Source of the DNA: Octopus bimaculoides
Taxonomy: Eukaryota
DNA: 58,588 nucleotides
Direction of reading: 5' to 3'
NCBI RefSeq assembly: GCF_001194135.2
Contig: NC_069003.1
Location: 34,219,677 to 34,278,264, forward strand
Shown: positions 51,701 through 58,588 of the stretch, in pieces
Numbering within the stretch: position 1 is the first letter of the stretch
Layout: each line of letters starts with the position of its first letter
Position numbers and translations under genes: made by a program
Notes under the pieces: generated by a model
Databases searched by the model: none
Told to the model about the DNA's origin: nothing
What the model saw: the letters and a program-made list of their open reading frames with translations, nothing else

Positions 51701-53026
51701 GCGAAGACAAAATAATGGTGAGGAGATAAAAAAAAAAATTTAACCTCCTTGTTTCTGTTGAAATCACTGGCTTTATCTGAATTAATTTTGGAAATAAGAG
51801 TTAAATAATTGATTACTAAAGGGAGATCGTAGTTGGATTGCATTAGAGATTTGAATAATTCTACATTTAAGGAACACACCATTCTGTTTTGAGTTTATGA
51901 ATTTCTGCAGGCTTATATTCTTGTGAGGTGTGTGTGTGTTGCTTAAAAGAAACAAAACCTGAAATTGAAATGACACAAGTTTATTTTTTGTATGGATTAA
52001 TATGTATATGTTATTAACTGAAGTGTTAGTCCTGGTGTATTTATCATGGTGTTTGTGATTGATTGTCAAAATCATTTCAGTCAAAATATCTTAGGCAGAT
52101 TAATCTTGATAGCTTCTACACTCATTTATCCCAACAACATTTGCTGCTCTATTAAGTGGCTGCTTTCCCAATTTTCTTTTACAATTAGCAAGACAAACTT
52201 TTGGCATTTATTCACTTTTCACTTAATACAGTAGAACCTCGGGTTTTCAAACGGCTCTCATCACAAGTAAATCATGCTTTATCTCCTGTCTTTCTCATAT
52301 TCATTTAATACAGTAGTACCTTGGTTTCTGTCAGAACCTGAAATACCCAGTTACTTTCAACATGTGGTTGCATTTACTGCACCTTCTTTTTCATTCTCAA
52401 ATACATCAAATTTTCTTCTAATTGAATGTGAAATTGGTACCTGTTTCTTTCAAGTGTATATATAGTGAAGTTATTGAGAAAAAATGTGCAGAAAACTTGT
52501 AGAACCTAAATTTCCACTTTATAAAAATGTTAGACAATGGTCTGTCAAATCCAGGGGTCTAAATATTGAGCATAATATCACAATTTTATATGTGATAGTT
52601 TTGTTTTCTCTATGGCTTCTGATACTAATACACCTGTGGATGTTGTTTGTTCCGTGATAAAAAAAGAAACTAATAATTTTAAAGTGATCTAACTTGAAAC
52701 CTTCCATCAAAATTTTGTGGTAATTTGTTCTGAACACCAGCTTAATAATAACAGAATTGAAACAAAGGCATAGTACTTTATCGGAAATTTGGTAACAAAT
52801 CGTTTAAAGTGCCATCAAATGCCTCTTTACTCTCATCTGCTTTGGAATTTAGTGGATTTGTAAATTTAGTGACTTTTAACAATTGGGCATGTATGATTTC
52901 CGACTAGACAATAATCTGAATAGATCCTGTATTTTCTGTTTCTGCTCCATCCTACAAAACTAAACTATTTGTTTTGCTTTTAGAACACATGAATCCAATG
53001 ATTGAAGATCAAACTGTCGATTCAAC

Positions 53027-53071
53027 ATGAAAATTGATAGGACCAAGTTGAAAAAGTCATCAACAGATGTG
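53027..53071 (+). CDS. HUWE1: E3 ubiquitin ligase HUWE1, first coding exon (MKIDRTKLKKSSTDV); exon spans 52984-53071
   Basis: Acceptor tttgttttgcttttag| at 52983, donor GTG|gtaaga at 53072. The 15-codon peptide closely matches the vertebrate HUWE1 N-terminus MKVDRTKLKKTPTEA. No further coding exon recognised in the window. Confidence 0.88.
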
Positions 53072-56019
53072 GTAAGAAAAGATTTTGTTCTTTTACAACT
53101 GATTTAAAAATATTTAAAGTTCTACAGTAGAAATATTAGTTCTGAAAATATTTATGTATAGGCTTCTTCCTATTTCCTTTTTTTTCTTTCAACATCCTGG
53201 TTTTAAACACTCAGATGCTTAAATAAAATGTTATGTCAACTTTCTACTCTAACTTAAAAATGAAAGCTTACAAAAACCTACAATAAATTAGATTTTTATT
53301 AGAATACTGTAATTGTTTTCACAATTGATATTATTATTATTATTACTGGGATTAAAGCATTCATCCTGCTTAAATATAAATTTCTGAGTAAGTTTAATTC
53401 TGTGATTTGTACAAGTCTTCAGATCATTAACACATTTATAAATGGAAAAGAATGAGGTGCTTGTACAATCAGACAGGCCTTAGTTTCACAATGTCACAAG
53501 CAACTTTTATGGTTATGTCTACCTGAGAATATTCATTAAAAATTGCTGTGGGGGAGATGGACAAAAATCCATGTACTTTGTAATGATGGGTTCTCCAAGA
53601 TGGTGCTTTGGTAAGGCAGCACTCTAATCACACACACACACATCTCAAATTAGGAGGGGGGAATCAAAAGTATTGTGACCATCTGCAGTTCTGAGCAGGT
53701 GTTGCTACACAATAGAAAGCAGGCTATTCATCCAAAGGAACGACTGTTTGGAGAAAGGGGAAAGCTTTCCTGTAGGAAGCGTCTGGTGGGGCTGATCTCC
53801 ATAAAATTGTGGTGGTGGTGGTGGTGGGGAAGTCAGCCTGCGAATGCCATCAGAAAAGAAAAGCTCTCTGGGTTTGGGTAATTGAAAATAGTTTTCAGTG
53901 TGCATTCTGCATGTTTGTGTTATTCAGAAAACAGAGTTGCCATACTTTACAGCCTTCCATATAAAAAAAAATATTATTTTTGTAATACATACATTTTAAT
54001 TTTATAAAATATTTTCTCAAATTTATGTAGTTTCCAATTATTTTAGTTCCTGGCAATTTTAATCTTACTGTGAATGGAAATTTCTGAATCTCTTTGTGCG
54101 TATTTTGTTTTCAACATTTTGATCAGTTCACTATTTTGTGCTGTGTTGCAGCTATTCTCAATGCAGTCAAATTCAATTGAAAATGCAATAATGTGCACAA
54201 TTTGTTTTTTCTTCCTTTCAAATGCATTTCTATTACATATCTCAGCCGAATATTGTTTAGTAATTCATTTTATATTGAGACATTATTACAAAATTTAATT
54301 TTACATCTGAATTTACCTGTAGTTTTGAGACATAAATACAACTTATAAAGTTATGTAATAACTGTTTATGCTTCGAACACTCCATTTATTTATTAACTCA
54401 ACAACAAAACCAGTCTGTGGTTTTAATTAATTTAGAATTTAAGTGAAACACAAAAAAAGGTTATTTTAGTGAGATTATATAAGGGGATTAGCATGGTAAG
54501 TTGATAGTTTTTGGAAAGGACTTTTGCTTTAAGTTGATAGCTTGTTTGTTGATTGGTGTCTCATCTGATGAAATTGTGATATTGTATCATCATCATAATT
54601 TAACACCCACTTTCTATGCTGGTATGGGTCAGATGGTTTGACAGGAGTTGACAAGCTGGAGAGCTGCCAGGCTCCTGTTTGTTTTGGCATGCTTTCTACA
54701 GCTGGATGCCCTTCTTAATGGCAACTATTTCACAGAGTGTACTGGGTGCATCATGCATGGCACTAGCATGGATGCTTCATACATGGGACCAGTACAGGTG
54801 TTGAATGTGTACAACTGATGCTTGGGTACTCATCTGAGGTTGTGGATGTTTTGCCCATTGATTTGGGCTCAGCACTTTAATAAAGCACTCGGTATGTCAG
54901 GGATTGAGCACATTATGATAGTATAAACTGTCGAGTGATAGCCTAACATTGTAACTATAGATGCTGGCATGACTGTTGTTAGAAGTAAGCATACCAACCA
55001 CATGGTCTCGGGTTCAATCCCACTGCGTGGCAACTTGGGCTGAGCAAAACTGTGTTAGTGGATTTGGTAGACAGAAATTGAAAGAAGCCTGTTTTATTTA
55101 TTTATTTTTTTTTTTTGTGTGTGTGGGTTATTGTCTCATTGCCATGCCCTTGTGATGATTGTAAACAAATGTCACCATCATGCAGGTGGTGTTCTTCATT
55201 TCCAATCCACTGTGATGACCTGTCTAGTCATAGGGAACATTACCTTACTTGTAAACAGGTGAGGATTGGCAGCAGGAAGTGCATCCATCTGTAGAAAATC
55301 TGCAACAAATCCGTCGGGGGCCCATGCAAGCATGGGAAAGTGAACATCAAACAATGCCATGTTGGGAAATCATTCATCCAAAATGTTCTTGAAGATGTCT
55401 GAAGCCCTAATGTTTTTGCATTGCTTTGACTCTTAACAAATAGGATTTTGGACTTGGTATTCCTGTTATAATTAAATAAGATGAATCAGATAATTTACAG
55501 TTTTTTGTTAATATATTTTCTGTTTTCAATGAATCTTCCTGCTTCTTTATAAAATTCATTCGCAGCCATCACGAGGATCAGTCAGTTTGCAAATAGTGTA
55601 TAAGAAACATCGTGGGATAATTTTTATCTGTAAATTAATATTGATTTTTTTTTTTTTTTTTTTTTTTTCCCCCATTTTGCTTATTAAAAAAAAAAAATGC
55701 GAATGATTGATTAATGTTGAAGGATTCTTATTTGGAAACTCTTGTCATTTGGTTAAAACATGAAAATAAAACAAGACTGGATAGAATTGTGTCTGTCCTG
55801 CTGACAATTATGTTTGCTCCTGTCATCTTGGGTTTGTTTGAACAAACCAGTCCATCGATGTTTTGTGTCTTTTTGAACCTCTCATTGGCAAATAAATATA
55901 TTTGATCAATAAAACTGACTGATTGATTTATAGCGGCCAACAAATCCCTTATTTTAAAACACTAGCTTAATACCAGCCTTTGATGAAAGGATGCTTGGAG
56001 ATCTCTTTCTCTTCCCATC

Positions 56020-57500
56020 TCTCTCTCTTCCCCTATCTCTCTCCTCCCCCTCTCCCCCATCTCTCTTTCCCTAGCTCTCATCCCTCACTCTCTCTCCCTC
56101 ATTCTCTCCATCCCTCATTCTCTCCATCCCTCACTCTCTCCATCCCTCACTCTCTCCATCCCTCACTCTCTCCATCCCTCACNNNNNNNNNNNNNNNNNN
56201 NNNNNNNNNNNNNNNNNNNNNNNNNNNNNNNNNNNNNNNNNNNNNNNNNNNNNNNNNNNNNNNNNNNNNNNNNNNNNNNNNNNNNNNNNNNNNNNNNNNN
56301 NNNNNNNNNNNNNNNNNNNNNNNNNNNNNNNNNNNNNNNNNNNNNNNNNNNNNNNNNNNNNNNNNNNNNNNNNNNNNNNNNNNNNNNNNNNNNNNNNNNN
56401 NNNNNNNNNNNNNNNNNNNNNNNNNNNNNNNNNNNNNNNNNNNNNNNNNNNNNNNNNNNNNNNNNNNNNNNNNNNNNNNNNNNNNNNNNNNNNNNNNNNN
56501 NNNNNNNNNNNNNNNNNNNNNNNNNNNNNNNNNNNNNNNNNNNNNNNNNNNNNNNNNNNNNNNNNNNNNNNNNNNNNNNNNNNNNNNNNNNNNNNNNNNN
56601 NNNNNNNNNNNNNNNNNNNNNNNNNNNNNNNNNNNNNNNNNNNNNNNNNNNNNNNNNNNNNNNNNNNNNNNNNNNNNNNNNNNNNNNNNNNNNNNNNNNN
56701 NNNNNNNNNNNNNNNNNNNNNNNNNNNNNNNNNNNNNNNNNNNNNNNNNNNNNNNNNNNNNNNNNNNNNNNNNNNNNNNNNNNNNNNNNNNNNNNNNNNN
56801 NNNNNNNNNNNNNNNNNNNNNNNNNNNNNNNNNNNNNNNNNNNNNNNNNNNNNNNNNNNNNNNNNNNNNNNNNNNNNNNNNNNNNNNNNNNNNNNNNNNN
56901 NNNNNNNNNNNNNNNNNNNNNNNNNNNNNNNNNNNNNNNNNNNNNNNNNNNNNNNNNNNNNNNNNNNNNNNNNNNNNNNNNNNNNNNNNNNNNNNNNNNN
57001 NNNNNNNNNNNNNNNNNNNNNNNNNNNNNNNNNNNNNNNNNNNNNNNNNNNNNNNNNNNNNNNNNNNNNNNNNNNNNNNNNNNNNNNNNNNNNNNNNNNN
57101 NNNNNNNNNNNNNNNNNNNNNNNNNNNNNNNNNNNNNNNNNNNNNNNNNNNCCTCTCTCTCTCTTCCTCTCTCTCTCTTCCTCTCTCTCTCTTCCTCTCT
57201 TGCTCTCTCTCTCTCCCTCTCTCCTTTCTTCCTCTCTCTCTCCCTCTTTTTTCCTCTCTCCTTTTTCTCTTCCTCTCTCTCTCTTCCTCTCTCTTCCTCT
57301 CTCTCTCTCCCTCTCTTTTCCTCTCTCCTTTCTTTCTCTTTTCCTCTCTCTCTCTCTTCCTCTCTCTCTCTCCCTCTCTCTTCCTCTCTCTCCTTTCTTT
57401 CTCTTTTCCCCCTCTCTCTCTCCTTTCTTTTTCTTTTCCTCTCCCTCTCTTTCTCCCTCTCCTTTCCCTTCTTACCCCTTCCCTTTCCCTCCCTCCCTCC
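56020..57500. repeat. Polypyrimidine (CT)-rich tract spanning a large N gap (56183-57151)
   Basis: (CTCT/CCCT)n on both sides of the gap. Confidence 0.9.
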
Positions 57501-57867
57501 TGTGTGTTCATGCTCATACCACCCACCATTCCTCAACCGCTCCGCTCCCCCCCACACACACTTTCAATGTCTATCTGGCAGTATTTGCACTGCTGCTTAT
57601 TTTCCTCCGTGTGTTTTATGTAGAAGCTCTTTCTATTTTACTTAATATTGATGTTCTTTGTTACTTAGGTGTGTGTTTCTGTGTACATGTGTTTAAATAT
57701 TTTCCCTTAGTCCTGGTTTAAATGCTGAAGAACTACCTGTGTATCTGTGCGACATAGGCAAGACTTTCTAAAGACAGACGATTTACTATCAGGTGTTGTT
57801 TGACATTGACATGGCTCCACCCCTTAGCAATCAGATTATTCTGACAAATGCAATGCCTTTTCAGTCG

Positions 57868-57958
57868 TTGGTTTTAATTAGTCCTGCATTGTTTTTAATT
57901 AGTCCTGCATTGGTTTTAACTAGTCCTGCATTGGTTTTAATTAGTCCTGCATTGTTTT
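57868..57958. repeat. 21-bp tandem repeat, about 4.3 copies (ttggttttaattagtcctgca)
   Basis: Four near-identical consecutive units. Confidence 0.9.
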
Positions 57959-58234
57959 GTAGTTTCGAAATTATGACAAAGTGACTGTAAATGTTATTAT
58001 AGCATAGTGGGGTAGGTGTGATAAGTTGGATCTGGCTGGCCAGAAGATAAGACAGATAGCACCTTTGGGATAGATATGGCTGGTTTATATGCTAAAGAGT
58101 TAAATTAATCAAGCATTATCGTGTAGCTTTAAAATTTTGAAGATGTTAGTGTTTACTTTTAGAATGACAATGTAGGATAGGTGTGAGAGGTCAGATCTGG
58201 CCAGTCTTAACATAAAACAGGTAGAATATTTAAA

Positions 58235-58588
58235 GAGAGCCTGCCTTATGTCGACCCAATAGAGGGACCAGCTATCCGAGTTGATAGTACCAGGGTAGAT
58301 AAAGCAATTAAGAGTATGAAGACCGGGAAAGCCCCCGGCCCATCAGGAATCACTGCAGAGATGCTCAAAATATCTGGCAGTGTTGGCTATAGCCTAGTCA
58401 CCCGTATTACGAACCAGGTGATACACGAAGGAGTCATACCCTATGACTGGTGTAGCAGCATCATAGTCAACTGCTACAAAGGTAAAGGGGACGCTTTAGA
58501 TACAAATAATTACAGAGGCATCAAGCTGTTAGATCAGGTTATGAAAGTTACAGAGAGGGTCATAGCCCAACTAATTAGGGAGCGAATC
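58235..58588 (+). mobile_element. RTE-clade LINE, 5'-truncated; intact-looking start of the RT region, runs off the window
   Basis: 118 open codons: ...VDKAIKSMKTGKAPGPSGITAEMLK...GVIPYDWCSSIIVNCYKGKGDALDTNNYRGIKLLDQVMKVTERVI, typical RTE RT N-terminal motifs. Confidence 0.9.

Noticed and set aside
51555-51780. Exact ~50-bp direct duplication (aaaaaatttaacctccttgtttctgttgaaatcactggctttatctg) around a 10-N gap
   Set aside because: Typical scaffolding overlap artefact at a contig join.
11766-57623. Long ORFs of 130-550 aa containing X runs (e.g. 11766-12671, 17662-18753, 27905-28483, 30165-30997, 37700-38495, 49559-50039, 55980-57623)
   Set aside because: They are open only because they cross N gaps and flanking microsatellites. 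The gaps could still hide real exons, e.g. the next HUWE1 exon.
3229-57958. Any CRISPR array, rRNA or bona fide tRNA gene
   Set aside because: The tandem repeats lack unique spacers, and the tRNA-like A/B boxes all belong to SINE heads.

Overview
AT-rich, gapped (about 10 N-runs), microsatellite- and SINE-dense eukaryotic DNA; the repeat repertoire suggests a cephalopod (octopus-like) genome, which is an inference. Three genes can be supported. (1) A minus-strand six-coding-exon gene (20512-19391, 14814-14733, 13500-13409, 12798-12650, 11528-11252, 9974-8808; 2889 nt, 962 aa). All five GT-AG introns are phase-compatible. It joins an N-terminal Crypton-type tyrosine-recombinase-like (DUF3504) domain, encoded by one exon, through a Ser/Thr-rich linker to a canonical BTB/POZ domain and a Gln-rich tail without zinc fingers. 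This is the main candidate novelty: an apparently domesticated recombinase-BTB fusion that parallels vertebrate KCTD1 but uses a different BTB subtype. (2) The first coding exon of HUWE1 (MKIDRTKLKKSSTDV, 53027-53071, + strand), divergently oriented, with a uORF whose stop overlaps its start codon (ATGA). (3) The last two exons of an unidentified + strand gene (3714-3998). Introns contain tRNA-derived SINEs, RTE and CR1-like LINE pieces, piggyBac-, hAT-, pogo- and Merlin-like MITEs, Penelope-type hammerhead-ribozyme motifs, and a 241-bp near-perfect palindrome. Most long ORFs in the supplied track are artefacts of N gaps or simple repeats.
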